A DNA stretch of 64,000 nt from NCBI RefSeq assembly GCF_009914755.1, contig NC_060925.1; one strand, written 5' to 3'. Source of the stretch: the human T2T-CHM13v2.0 reference genome, Homo sapiens. The notes below the pieces were generated by a model. The model did no database searches. It saw only the letters and a program-made list of their open reading frames with translations, and was not told the origin of the DNA. This document shows, piece by piece, positions 26,850 through 40,620 of this stretch. Within the stretch, counting starts at the first letter, position 1; each line of letters opens with the position of its first letter. The position numbers were made by a program, and so were the translations under genes.

Positions 26850-27030
26850 GTTTTTCACATACAGCCATCCTATGTAAGACATATTGCCATCTATCTAGTT
26901 TTAATTAGGAGGATTCCATGAGTAAGAGAGTTTAAAAACCCATCACAAGGTTAAGTATATAGTGGCAAAATCTGTATTCAAACAAATATTTTCTAATTCC
27001 AAATTTGGGGCTCTTAATTATGCCCTACAG
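26850..27030 (-). mobile_element. MIR fragment
   Basis: cacatacagccatcctatg...agtggcaaaatctgtattcaaac. Confidence 0.55.
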
Positions 27031-28571
27031 TCTTCTGACTGGGATGTATGTTGTATTTTTTATAACTATTCCTACAAGATGTTCACATATACAAATTGAA
27101 GTAGACAACACAGTTTTTTTCTGGCTTTGTCAGACCTCAACAGATGCATTACAAATAGTTAATCAGGGTAAGAATGTTGTGTGGAGAATGTTACTTACCT
27201 ATAGATTTAGGATAGCCTAAGACCTTAATTTATATGTATGCATGGCCATTCCTCAATAAGTAATGGACAAAAGCCACCTAAGGCCTAGGCATTATAAGGT
27301 GTTGCTATGAAGCTGAAACCACAAGGGACCTATTAGATTTTTCACTTCCATTAGCAAATATGATTTGTGTCCACTCCCCATTGCCATTCATAATTCTGAG
27401 TTCCACTCTACTTAAAATTTTCCATCTCAGCTTCAGCTGAATGGTTTTAGCAAGAATCTGTTTCTTTGAGGAGTACCCTTAGAGTGATGGATTAGCAGCC
27501 CCAACAGCGTTTACTAAGTTGGGAGCACATTAGCCATTTCCATTTCTCTCCTCCAGAATGGAGGTGGAGAGCTCTGCCATTAGAAGTGGAGAGCAGGCAG
27601 CTCTATGACAAAGCAGCTGCAACCACCACAAGTGCCGCCCTTGAGAGGAGCTCATGCCATGAGGTCAGAGGAACAGCATTTTATGTTCCTTTGTAGAATA
27701 AACAGAATATTTTTATGAGAAACAAATCTTCCATCTATGATCCGGTTCCCATTAGTGGGTCAAGGCAAGAGCAAACCAGAGAGACTTAATTTACTTAGGA
27801 GACATTCAGTATAAATACTATATTCCCTTGTGTGGTGTTCTTGTTCTGTTAGCCTTAACACATGCAAACAAAGATGACTTACTCAAAGTTTTGATATGCC
27901 CAAAGACCATTCTTCTTATAACTGGTGTTCCTTTTAGGCTGGGTGTCAAGAAGATCCAGAAAGTCTGCATCAACACAGCATGTATTTTCACTCCATTAAA
28001 CTACTATACAATCTGTAATTGCTAACCCCACAAGTTTTAAAGTTTACCTTAACATTTGTAGGAAGCAGATGGTTTCCATACACTGCCAACCTGTTGTTAC
28101 CAAAGCATTTTCCAAGAATTGTTTTCCAACCACAGTCACTAGCATAATTAACCTTTCTATGGATTGAATAAACAAGAAACTGGTCACGAATCTGTAAGAA
28201 AGACAAATGTACCATTCAAGACTTAGCCTCAGAACAAGCTCCAGGACACACATGAAAAACCACACACAGTGTGATGCATAATCCACTTCTGGTATTTTTT
28301 TTTCCAGTGACCTCTATTCTTTCCCTGTTTCTTCCCCCATTTCATAGCGTACCCTCCCTTTCTAGCCATGTGGTCACATTTACCTATTTTTATCTGCAGC
28401 CATGGATTTGGCTAGGTCCTAAGTTTTTTTTTTTTTTTTTCTGTCTGTGGATTTCCTCTTCCTTCACCACAATGTTCCTGGCCTTTCAACTCTCTTCTTT
28501 GCCTTGTTTTCTGATATTAATGTCTTACCAATTTATCTTTCTCTCTCTCATTTACATTCCATTGTTTCTTC

Positions 28572-28797
28572 TTTTTTTTTTAACATTTTTTTGTTGTTGT
28601 TGGAAACAATTACAGATTCATAGGAAGTCACACACACACAAAAATATAGAGAGGACTCACGCTTGCCTTTCATCTAGTTTATTTCCCAATGGTTACATCT
28701 TGCATAAGTATACTACTGCTATATAGAAACCAGGTAGTTGCCATTGGTACAATCCACAAAACTTTTCAGGTTTTATCAGTTTACTGTACTCATTTGT

Positions 28798-28830
<33 letters not shown>
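28572..28830 (-). mobile_element. L1M (MC-type) 3' end ending in (TG)n
   Basis: cagattcataggaag...cccaatggttacatcttgcataa...attggtacaatccac; TG tract ~28799-28830. Confidence 0.7.
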
Positions 28831-28831
<1 letters not shown>

Positions 28832-28899
28832 TTCTCCTGAGTTTCAAAGGGGCAAAATTTTTAGTCTTCTGCTTGACTTTAGAATGGCTCAGAGTCAGA

Positions 28900-29100
28900 T
28901 TCAATAAACATTCATTAAGAGTATGTATGAGACAGTCTCATATAATTAACATGAGCTTGTTGAGTGGATCTGCACATTAACTCTTTCAAGAGGAGATTAT
29001 ATTATTCATAATACCTGTGATGAATTAAAAACCTTCAGAGAAGTGATATTCCCAAGGTCATCTAAATAATGGTCAGAATTTAAGTCTAGGGCCCACCATG
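28900..29100 (-). mobile_element. MIR fragment
   Basis: cagagaagtgatattcccaaggtca. Confidence 0.5.
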
Positions 29101-29160
29101 CTGCTCACCTATTCCTGCAGCCTCGGTACAGATCGTAACTTCTGTTTTCATGTGCTTTAT

Positions 29161-29506
29161 TGCTACACTTTGAATGTTTGTCCTTTCCAAAACTCATGTT
29201 GAAATTTAATTGCCATCGTAACAGTATTAAGAGGTGGGACCTTTAAGAGGTGATTAGGCCATAAGAGCTCCATTCTCATAGGCAGTGTTGATAACATTAT
29301 AAAAGGGCAAATTTGGTGTCATCTTACCCTGTCTTTGCTCTTCTGCCTTCTATCATGTGATGCCACAGCAAGAAGGCCCTCCCCTTATGCTACTGTCTTA
29401 ATCTTGGACTTCCCAGCCTCTGGAACTGTGAGCTGATAAATGTCTGCTAATTATAAATTACCCAGTCTCAGGTATTCTGCTAGAGCAGCACAAAATGGAC
29501 TAACAT
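29161..29506 (+). mobile_element. MaLR solo LTR, MSTC/MSTD-like
   Basis: ttgaatgtttgtcc..ccaaaactcatgttgaaatttaat...cttggacttcccagcctc...aaattacccagtctcaggtattctg. Confidence 0.85.
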
Positions 29507-29734
29507 ATCCATTCACAGCCTGAAGTAGACTGTGCTCTTGTAGGGGCCCCCTACATTTTAGCCTCCCTGATTGCTGATTCATAGCTTAGACTTATCTCTG
29601 ACCAGTGTGCTCTTTGCTTCTCTGATGCTGATATCCAATGAGGGTCAAGATGTCTAATGGCCCATGGTGGTATTTTAAGTGTGGCTTAAATATTGGGAGC
29701 AACAAAGGAGGCTCTTCCACACAGGTAGTTTGTT

Positions 29735-30175
29735 GATCTCCCAGCATCTTGAGGTAGGTAGCATTGATATTACCACACCAATTCCATAGATGAAGTAATT
29801 GAGACTGAATTGATAAAAATCAGAATGTTATCCAGAAATGGAGCCTAGAATAAAACTCAGGTCTTTTGATTTCTGGTCAACGTTCTTCATAGTGTTTCAT
29901 ATTATAGTGTGGTAGGATATTTTTCTCTCCATAATCATAAGTATGATTTACTGAGCATCTTCTGTGTATCATGAACTATACTAGGCTTTTTACATGCATT
30001 GCCTCAGTTTATTCTCATGGCAGTTCTATAGGGTTATTGTTATTATTATCCCTATTTTACATATGAGGATGCACGCTCAGAGAGCATAAGTGACTTAGTG
30101 TAAGTCTCAGAGTTAGCAATCAACAAAACCAGAATTAGAATCTGAGGCTGTCTGACTCCCAATCTGAACTTGTAT
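29735..30175 (-). mobile_element. Two tandem MIRs
   Basis: atagatgaagtaattgagact; atttactgagcatcttctgtg...gctcagagagcataagtgactt. Confidence 0.75.
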
Positions 30176-30177
30176 TA

Positions 30178-30474
30178 TTTTCTATTTTTTGAGACAGAAT
30201 CTGGCTCTGTCAACCAGGCTAGAGTGCAGTGGTGCGATCTTGGCTCATGGCAGCCTCTACTCCCAGGCTCAAGGAATCCTCCCACCTCAGCCTCCCAAGT
30301 AGCTTGGACTACAGGCAAGTGACACCATGCCCAGCTAATTTGTTTTTAATTTTTTGTTGAGATAGGGTTTCACCATGTTGGCCAGGCTGGTCTCATACTC
30401 CTGGACTCAAGCAATCCATCCACCTTGGCCTCCCAAAGAGCTGAGATTACAGACATGAACCACCATGCCTGGCC
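30178..30474 (-). mobile_element. AluJ
   Basis: gcagcctctactcccaggctcaaggaatcctcccacctcagcc is J-type; dimeric. Confidence 0.9.
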
Positions 30475-30579
30475 ACTTCTTGCTTTAAAGGAAACAAATA
30501 ATTGTGTAATTATCTTCCCGACAAAAAGCAAAACAGAAAAGCTCAAATTGTGTGATATAGGGGAGATATTTCAAACTGT

Positions 30580-30790
30580 GCATTAAAATTTGCATTATTT
30601 ATCAATATTTAAAAATTGGGGGATTTCATATAAAAAAACTGGATTTTTATCTTTTTATGATAAGTCAACACAACTGGCCACAGAGTCTTGGTCTGCCCTT
30701 GAGTCTATGCTTCCTGGTTTGCCACAGTTCCCTGCCAGCCTCTTCCCTCATGTCTCTACATCCTACAGGCATGTGGGTTGTTGCTGACTC
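30580..30790. mobile_element. hAT DNA transposon fragment (MER102-like)
   Basis: gggatttcatataaaaaaactggattt...ctggccacag resembles MER102; from recall only. Confidence 0.45.
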
Positions 30791-30794
30791 TTCA

Positions 30795-31620
30795 TATAAT
30801 GGATCAAAGGAATGGAATTTGGAGTAGAAGTCCTGGATTTAAATCACAGTTCCAGCATTTCCTGTGAGCCTATGATTCTTAAAACATAATCACAGTTTCC
30901 TTAACATTTCTTCCCATCTAATGATAGGCAACTTTTTTTCTCCCAACAATATAAAATCAAGAAAAACATAATAGAGTTTTTGATTTCTCCCCTTGAATTT
31001 GTGTGAGCTTTTGACTTCTCTGATTAATAAAATATGGGAGAATTATTACATGACTCTCAAGGTTAGATCACAAATGCCATGCTGCAGTACTATCTTTGGG
31101 AACTAAGCAGTATACTACCCAGTTCATTGGAACACTATCTTCTGGAACTAACTAGGAACCACTGTTCTTAAGAGGCCATGTGGTGATACTCTGGTCTAAA
31201 GTTCCAGCTGAGTCTAGCCTTCCAGACATCCCAGCCAAGGCACTAGACATATGAGTGAGGCCATCCTTGGTCCTCTAAACCAGACCATCTGCCAGGTGAA
31301 TACCACTGAGAGAGCACAATGCTACTTGGAGAAAAGTCACACAGCTGAGCCCTGCTCAAATACTTAACTGCAAAATCATGAGATATAATAAGATAGTTTT
31401 TGTTTGAAGCTACTAAGTTTTGAGATAGTTTTTTTCAGCAATAAATTAGACAAAATCCTTAAAACTCTGTGCACCAGTATGAGAATGTATAAAATAGAAT
31501 GAAGGATAGTAGCTGTCTTGCCCCCTTCATATAGTTAAAAGTGGGAGGAGTAAATAAAAGAATGAATTTAACAACATATTGTATACTACCAAGTGCTATC
31601 TAGATAATGTTATTATGGTA
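30795..31620 (+). mobile_element. MIR split by an MLT1H-like LTR (~30920-31455)
   Basis: The LTR has cagctgagtctagccttccagacatcccagccaaggcac and cagctgagccctgctcaaat; MIR head lies before it and the MIR core resumes at ~31456. Confidence 0.75.
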
Positions 31621-31809
31621 ATTGTAAAAGCCCCATAACTTTGTGACAATCTTTAAGCCTTCTTTCAAAGGGGATACAAAACTATTACTCAAAAAGGAAG
31701 AGTGAACAGGTTATAGATTTTAATTAGTCGTGTGTCTTGGTAATACACTCCTGTAGCAGCACGGCCTCATGCTCTTCTATCACCATGGCCTTTTCAGTAT
31801 GAGGTGTCC

Positions 31810-31824
31810 CCACCAAATGGCGGC
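31810..31824 (+). promoter_or_regulatory. Overlapping candidate CTCF and YY1 motif
   Basis: CCACCAAATGGCGGC: one mismatch to the CTCF core, contains the YY1 core ATGGCGGC, CpG retained. Confidence 0.4.
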
Positions 31825-32068
31825 CCTTTTATGTCGGCAGAAATGGAGGACATACAGACAGTACTCAAATGAAACTTTGTGACTTCCAGCTATGTTGGAA
31901 CATTAAAATAACCAGAATGAGGGTTGGATGGAAAATCAGCCAACCTGTTGATTTTACTGATCAGTGAGTTAGTGTCAGGAAGAGAAATCAGGTCACTCTG
32001 TAGGACTAAGTATAGAGAAAATTGGGCAGAGAGCTTTTAACCAATTGGTTGATTAAAAGTCCAGAGAT

Positions 32069-32357
32069 GGCTGGGCATGATGGCTCATGCTTGTAATCCC
32101 AGCACTTTGGGAGGCCAAGGTGGGTGGATTACTTGAGGTTAGGAGTTCAGGACCAGCCTGGCCAACATGGTAAAATCCTGTCTCTACTAAAAATACAAAA
32201 ATTAGCTGGGTGTTGTGGTGGGTGCCTGTAATCCCAGCTACTCAGGAGGCTGAGGCAGGAGAATTTCTTGAGCACAGGAGGCAGAGGTTGCAGTGAGCCG
32301 AGGTCACGCCACTGCACTCCAGCCTGGGCGAGACAGTGAGACCCCATCTCAAAAAGA
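32069..32357 (+). mobile_element. AluS (Sx/Sz-like)
   Basis: Full dimer; TSD aaaagtccagagat (32055-32068) and aaaagtctagagac (32358-32371). Confidence 0.93.
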
Positions 32358-32367
32358 AAAAGTCTAG

Positions 32368-32718
<351 letters not shown>

Positions 32719-33409
32719 TGACAGGTGGCTGTAAATGGTGGTAAGTTTTGGTTCAGGCCTTCCTCTGCTTCTTTCTACCTCTGGTGGCAGTTGCACATAA
32801 GCTGTTATTTTGCCTGGGGTGCTCCCTTAATTCGGTTACTGAGTTATCTCCTACTCCTAATTTCTGCTCACACATCACCTCCACACCATTACCTGAGCCC
32901 ACAAATTAGTTGAAGTTTCTCTGTCATAGCTTGTGTGGGTCCCTGTGTATTTACATAACTATATTTATCACAGTGGTATTCATATTTAGTAAGGAGGTGT
33001 ATCCTCACACTACATTCAGATATACAAGAAAATGTAGTCACTACATTTTCAGTAATGAATCTGATCCTTCCACGGAGTGGCCATTCTGCTGGCTTAGCAG
33101 GGAAACTCCACTTTAATCTGTCTCATCACAGTAAGTCAGTAGCTGCCAGTGTGGAGTCTCGTGCATTACACAGCCACTACTGGTTTAAAGGCCCAATCAT
33201 TCCAAATGCCTCCTTCACTTCACACTCACAACAGTGTCCAGGTAGTTTCACGGGCAGGGTTGAGTGACTTTATGACTTTGGAGGGAATGTGGTCTCTGCA
33301 TGGGAGCTCATTCTTGGCTGTGGGCCAGTTAGTTTCTGTATACTGTGTAGTGCACATTGCATACTCTGAAATATACTGTATAAACAATTTAGTTTTTTTT
33401 TTTTCAAAC

Positions 33410-33945
<536 letters not shown>

Positions 33946-34959
33946 TCTTTCCTTTGCTTCTTTTTAGCTCCTTGTAATTGTTAGGTTTCTTTTTTGTAGA
34001 AAGTGTCTTCATTGCATATCCTGGAGCCATGTTCCTAATCTCCAATCTCTCCCCTTTTCCCAGAAAAATTTAGCAGTCCTGGGTTCCGTATACTCAGGGT
34101 TCCCTGATAAAATGTATGGTGGGGACTGGGGAGAAGGGCATGCTCATTCTCTCAGAAGCAGCATATTGCAGTGGAATGAGCACAAGTTTCCAAATGAAGA
34201 ATCTGGTACTTGTAGGATTTCATGGATGTATCTCATGTCCAGGCAACTTCAAATCAAACCACCATATTACGATAGTCTTCAAGAATGGAGATGCATGAGG
34301 TGGCAATGGAGATGAAACAGTTTGTTATTTATGGCTCCAAATCACATTAACTTGTGTAGCTCAGGAGGATACTCACTTGATCTATTCAATATATACCTTC
34401 TGATATGTATTCAAAAAATTTCTGGTTCCAGATGTTTCTGATTTTCTGGTTGGGGTGTGATTACGTGATACCTTTGTCTAAGGTGCTCAGCAATCTCCCT
34501 GGAGGAAGATAATTTGTTTCATTCACTCTGAAGATTGTTCAGGAAAAATAACATTCAGACTTCCATCCATATCTGACAGGCCCGAGGGGCCTGCAACTTC
34601 TCTAATGATGCCTTTAAATGATTTTAATGTTGTGATAAACACAAACTCAGTACGGAACTTGTCCTTCCGTGGGACAACCTTTCTTTAGTCTTAGATTGTT
34701 GAGCATCTGAGCCTCTTCTGAGAGCCCAGGCAAGATCAAGGAGGCTAAAATCATACAGAATGATCAGGCCTCTCTAAATGGACCAGGGAGTATTGGGGCA
34801 GATTGCTAAGCTCAGGGAGGCCCTGAAGTTGTTTTCAGTGCATGTGGATTCAGAATTATATCATGAAGTATGAGCTATAAAAAGGACTTTGTTGGTAATA
34901 GTTATGAATGCAATGTACAGCTTTTGTTTTTTTCAGTTTGGAATCCACAATCAAATCCA

Positions 34960-35240
34960 CATAAACGTGGTTAACTCTCACGCATCTTTCAAGACCTGCT
35001 TTGTGCTCCTTCTCTAAAAAGCCTTGCCTGAGACAGCTAAGCAAAACTAGTCACTCTACCTGTGTGGTTCTACTCTTTCCACTACTGCCTTTGACTGTAG
35101 AATGGCGATGTAGCATTTGTTTATATATTGTTCTTCCTTACCAGACCATGAGCTCCTCCTAGGTAAAAGCCATGCCTGATTCTTCCGTGATATCCACTGC
35201 CTGGCACTGGAGTTGATAGAAAGAACATACTTAATAAGTA
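34960..35240 (+). mobile_element. L2 3' end
   Basis: accagaccatgagctcctcctagg...tgcctggcac...acttaataagtagttgga. Confidence 0.7.
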
Positions 35241-35309
35241 GTTGGATAAATAACTATTTATAAGGCTTTTAAGAGACAGAAAAGCAGAAAAGACTTGGGT
35301 CAAAGAAAA

Positions 35310-35520
35310 GGGAATTTATTCAGTATTTATTGAATGCCTCATATATATATAAGGCATGTAACATAGAATAATTTATTTGTTATTCACAGCACCCTTTAGA
35401 AAAAAAAAGTATTTTTGTTCTCATTTCACAGAGCAGGAACTGAAGCTCAGAAAGTATAATAGAAACAAGAATTGGTGCATTTAGAATTTGTTTTCAAATC
35501 TGTCTTTGTCTTTTTTTGTT
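35310..35520 (-). mobile_element. MIR
   Basis: catttcacagagcaggaactgaagctcagaaag. Confidence 0.65.
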
Positions 35521-35738
35521 TTAGTAATATACTTTCCTACTTATCAGTGAGATTGGATCCTATAGTTTTTCTCTGCTCCCAGTGAACAGGCTTTCTGGAA
35601 GTCTGATTTGTTCTGTTCTATTTGTCAGGAGTGAATGTTTAGCTATATCTTAATTACCAGGTCTAGCTCTACCCAGTGACTTCCTGCCTACTTCCAATAA
35701 AAATAGACAGACTATGAAGACTCTAAGAGCTTGATTAG

Positions 35739-36519
35739 CACTGATCATGAGGGAAATGCAAATCGAAACCACAATGAGATACCATCTCACACCAGTCAGA
35801 ATGGCAATTATTAAAAAGTCAAATAATAACAGATACTAGTGAGGTTGCAGAGAAAAGAGAACACTTATACACTGTTGGTTGGGAGTGTAAATTAGTTCAA
35901 CCATTGTGGAAAGCAGTATGGCAATTTCTCTAGGAGCTAAAAAGCAGAACTACCATTCAACCCAGCAATGGTAGTTCTAGTTCTACCACCAATCTCTGGT
36001 AAATACTCAGAGAAATATAAATATTCTATCAGAAAGACACATGCATGTGAATGTTCATTGCATCACTATTCTCAATAGCAAAGACATGCAATCAAATTAA
36101 ATGCCCATCAATGACGGATTGTATAAAGAAAATGTGGTACATATATACCACGGAATACTATGTAGCCATGAAAAAGAATGAGATCATGTCTTTTGCAGGG
36201 ACATGGATGGATCTGGAGGCAATGATACTTAGCAAACTGATTCAGGAACAGAAAACCAAATACCACACATTCTCACTTATAAGTGGGAGCTAAATGATAA
36301 GAACTTATGAACCTGAAGAAGGAAACAATAGACACTAGGGCTTACTTGAGCAGGCAGGATGGGAGGAGGGAGAGGAGCAGAAAATATAACTATTGGGAAC
36401 TGAGCTTAGTACCTGGGTGATGAAATAATCTGTACAACAAACCCCCATGACACCTGTTTACCTAAGTAACAAACCTTCACATGTACCCCCGAACCTAAAA
36501 TAAAAGTTAAAAAAAAAAA
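35739..36519 (+). mobile_element. 5'-truncated L1PA (PA13-15-like) with TSD
   Basis: ORF2 end, 3'UTR and poly(A); TSD aagagcttgattag (35725-35738) and aagaacttgattag (36520-36533). Confidence 0.92.
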
Positions 36520-36574
36520 AAGAACTTGATTAGGCTTTGCTTACTATCAGGTGGAGGGACTGCACTTAAATGGC

Positions 36575-36995
36575 ATTTTTTAAAAAGCTTTATTAATGTA
36601 TCACTGGCATAAAATAAACTACACACATTGAAGGCTATGATCTGATAAGTTTTGATGTGTATATGCATTCATGAAGAAAATAATTACAATCAAGATAATG
36701 AACTATCTGTCACTCCCCAAAATTTCCTGTGTCCCTGGCTAGAACCACAAAGTTGAATAGAAGTGGGGAGAACAGACGCTGTCATCTTGTTCCTCATTTT
36801 AAAGGAAAGCATTCAATCTATTACCATTATGTATAATGCTAGCTTTAGGTTTTATGTAGATACCTGTCATCAGGTTAAGGGTATGCCCTTTTATACCTAG
36901 TTTTTTTTTTCCAAAATCAGAATTGAATGTCAGATAGTTAATTTTCCTAATCTATTGAGATGATTATATGGTTTTCCTTTTTAATCTGTTAATAT
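36575..36995 (-). mobile_element. L1MD-like 3' end joined to an ORF2 fragment (internal deletion)
   Basis: 3' end sequence stops at ...ttcctgtgtccct (~36736) and jumps to ggctagaac..gttgaatagaagtgg. Confidence 0.7.
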
Positions 36996-37229
36996 GATAA
37001 ATTACTCTCAAGAACCCTTTTAATTATTTGATTCTGTGATTATATGTTACTTAAATAGTTGAATCTACCTTAGCAAAATTCTAGTATTGCCTTTGACATT
37101 GTAATCCAAAGGCTAATAACTAAAGATGGTATAAATACATGGTATCTTAAGTAGTGTAGCAAATCCATAATTATTAGATACCTAACCAAAGTTCTTCCCA
37201 TTTTATACCATGCAAAAAATCACATGGCC

Positions 37230-37570
37230 TTTAACATTTTTTATTATTTTACATAGAATAAAATTTATTCCTGTTTGTATACAATTCAGTGTTTTTAAAT
37301 TAAAAACATGGGTCCATACAAACACTCCTAAAATGGTTATACCTAACGATGACCCCTCCCCCACCAAAATTTCCTCACTCTGTTTCTTTCTGTGCAAGCC
37401 TGTTCTTCCTCCTCGAACCCTGGCAGCCATTGATTTGTTCTCCACTCTTCAGTTTTGCCTTTTCCTAAATATTCTATACATGAATTCACGCAGTATACCA
37501 TCTTTTGAGACTGGCTTCTTTGATCTAGTAAATGCATTTGCAATATATTGATGTATTATCAGAAGCTTGG
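37230..37570 (-). mobile_element. L1M (MB/ME) 3' end fragment
   Basis: ccctggcagccattgatttgttctc...cagttttgccttttc...tgagactggcttcttt. Confidence 0.75.
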
Positions 37571-38954
37571 GAGCACATTTTCCTACCAATTATCTGAAAG
37601 GAAAAGTAAATGATCTATTGAGAATGTGGTATATTTAATAAAAGAAAATACAAGCAGATACTTAATTTGCTGTGGTACAAAAACCACATTTTTCCATCAA
37701 TATGTAAGAAATGAAACAAATATAAACTGAACTCTTTGGTCCAAAAGGTGAAAACATCTTTCAATTACACAGTCAGGTGTGACCTAGAAACAGATCTAAG
37801 TCTTTACCACTGTTTTTATCTACATTATGTCTTGACTTTCTGTGTGTTTTGCATACCCAGTAATAATGCATTAAATTATTGCTTCGTGAATTAGGCGGGA
37901 TTAGATAGCATTGTTGTATGTGTAACCTATACGGTAATGAGAGTGAAATAGTTAAACAGAGATGGAGTAGGTGGGGTCAGATTTCATGAATGGATTTTCA
38001 CTTCTCTGCATAGTGAGAGATAATTTTCAGCTCAGGCCTCCATTGGTGGATACTTTGAGAGAACATGCTGTGTTGGGCAAGAGCAGCAGGGGGCCTGGAT
38101 GAAGATAGGAGCTTGGACCAAAAAAGGCATGAGGATAGATAGAATCAATCTCATTCACTTACCCATTTCACTCTCACTAAACCTTTGGGGAAGTTAACTA
38201 GGACATAAACATCAGGTTCCTACTGTATTGTACATATAATTGATATATATGTTATGTTTCTGTGAACTATATCACAAACTGGATATTCTCAGTCCATGAA
38301 GCAGGTTCAACTCTCAACTTAAGCTTTTGCTGTCTCTATGAGGTCCTGAGTAAATAAAAAGCTATTTGGATCTTTTTGAAGACTGACAAGTGCATCTCAG
38401 GAGAAGCGCTCATAATCACAGCACTAGTCATTTCTGACCCATAACCAGGAAACCCCCAGAATAGTATTAGGTGTGGAAGGTGAGCCCTGGGATGGGTTGG
38501 GAGACTGACATTCACAGCGTAGGGTGCCTTGGAGAGTAAAATTCCCTCCTTCTAGACAACAAGGAACACATTACTAAGCAAAAGCATCCTAAACTTACAA
38601 CAAAAGCTGCCAGGCACTCATTCACAGCAAATGTCAGACTCCAGACACCAACTGCTAATGTGTTATAAAATGCTGGTTAGGGATTACTGAAGCTGCCTAC
38701 CAACTTTCTATTACCATTATTTAAGAAAGTCAGAAATAAGTTGATTCTAATTCCAACAGCATTTTATGTTTTTCTTACAAATTTCACATCTGTGAAAGTC
38801 AGCATTTATAAAATTTAGTTGAGAGATATACTTAAAATAAATGCACTTAGGAAGAAGGAATCAGGTATTTAATAGATAAAAGCATCAACTTTAGATCATA
38901 TATACTGCATTAATTCTGGAATTGATTTATATAAAGTACATAAAAATTATACCT

Positions 38955-39075
38955 CCAAACTGGGTATGTTCCATGAGGATAGAATTTTATTCCTGTTTGG
39001 TTTAATTGATTTATACCAAGCCTCCAGAACAGTCTATGCACAAAATAAGATCTCAATAAATATTGGCTGCATTAA
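38955..39075 (+). mobile_element. L2 3' tail
   Basis: ttccatgaggatagaa...agaacagtctatgcac...ctcaataaatattg. Confidence 0.6.
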
Positions 39076-39571
39076 ATTAGACCAGAAAATAAAGTAAAAA
39101 TATAAACCATGCGAATCAGGAGGTTTATATAGTTGCTATGGTTAGATGAGAAATTTGACTCTGAATTTCCTAGAAGCTAAAGTGAAAATGAAGTTACACT
39201 CAATTACATAGCTTACATTGTCAAGTAAGAGAAAGAATACTAATTTACTATGGGAAATTAAGCTTTCTTAGGGATAAACTCTACAAGAAATTCCTAGTGT
39301 GGGAATTGATAAGAAGCAATAGTGAGTTTTTAGAGTAATTTTTAATAGTATTTGTGAAAGTTGAGAGCATAACTTTAACATATCAGAGATAATCACGGAA
39401 AGGATTCAGATAATATTCTTTTTGTTATAAGATGGGAGAAGGGAACAGCAGGGAGCAATACATAGAATTGTACAGGTAGGGAAAACTACTGTGGCTGAAA
39501 AAGTTGGGCTTCTCAGGAATAAAAATTGTTTCCTTTTTTTAAAAAATCATTTCCTGATTGTTCTTGTCTTA

Positions 39572-40110
39572 ATCATTTACTCATTCAGAATCATTTATCA
39601 ATGTCTTTCTTTATGCTTCAGTTACTGTGATAGATGCTGAAGATACGAGTTAAATTTAACATAGCCCTGTCCTTAGGGAGCTCTGAATTTGGTAAAGAAG
39701 CAAAACAAGTCAATCAGCCATCACGAAGTGCTGCTGTCAGCAAGGTCTCCATGGCGTGTGGGAGGACACAAAGGAGAGGCATCTAAATTAAGCTGGAGTC
39801 AAGGTAGGCTTCCCAGAAGAGGACACCGTGGAGCTGACTTTTAAATTTACATTTGAGTTAACTGAATGAATGAAGCGAGACAGTTTTCTAGGCAGGGGAG
39901 TGGCATGTGTACTGGAATATTGCAATTACTGGCTTGGGTAGGGGGCAGTGCTGCGGAGACACACTCCTGTGGATTAAGGAAAAAGGAAGGCAGAGGACAG
40001 AAAGAAAGTAAGGAATGAAGGGCCTTGTCGGTTAAAGTAAGAAGTCTGAGCTTTATCCTGAAAGCTATGGGCAGCCATGGTCATTGGAAAATTTGGATCT
40101 TCCTGGGTGC
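39572..40110 (-). mobile_element. L2 3' region
   Basis: catttactcattc...tagatgctgaagatac...ggcttcccagaagagg...ctttatcctgaaagctatgggcagccat. Confidence 0.8.
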
Positions 40111-40264
40111 AAGGTACTTTTCACTTAATGATTAGTGATTTTGATCTTTGTTAAAGAGTAATTTGAATTCTTTAGTTCTGACAATTCTTTTAGTAACAAT
40201 TAGTTATGATTAGTAACAATTATTTTCATGCCAGATTGGCAGGGAGCTCTTCCTCTTTGGTGCA

Positions 40265-40620
40265 TCATGGACTAGAGCAGTCCTCAGCTCCATCCTCATC
40301 ATTTTATAGAAAAGTCTCAGAGACAGTAGGTGACTTCACCAAAGCCACACAGCTACTGAGTAGCAGATCCAGGATTTTAATCTTATTTGGGAAACACTAT
40401 AATATGGTAAAAAGAACAGAAACCTGTATCGGCTGATATAAATTCAAATTTCAACTCTGAAACACTTTTGTGACCTTAGGAAAGTCATGTAACCTTTCTA
40501 AGATCCACTCTCTTCTTTATAAAATAGTCATACTAATGATGGTCTTGATATACTGATTTGGTTTTGAAATAATGTGAAACACCTCCAGATTACAGTGGGT
40601 ACTCAGTCAGTACTTGTTGC
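40265..40620. mobile_element. Divergent MIR pair (- then +)
   Basis: cctcatcattttataga...aagccacacagctactgag; tgtgaccttaggaaagtcatgtaacc. Confidence 0.7.

Noticed and set aside
28271-28726. 151-aa hydrophobic ORF
   Set aside because: Product of T-rich low-complexity DNA running into an L1 fragment
36051-36293. ORF resembling a real protein
   Set aside because: C-terminal remnant of L1 ORF2 in a 5'-truncated copy
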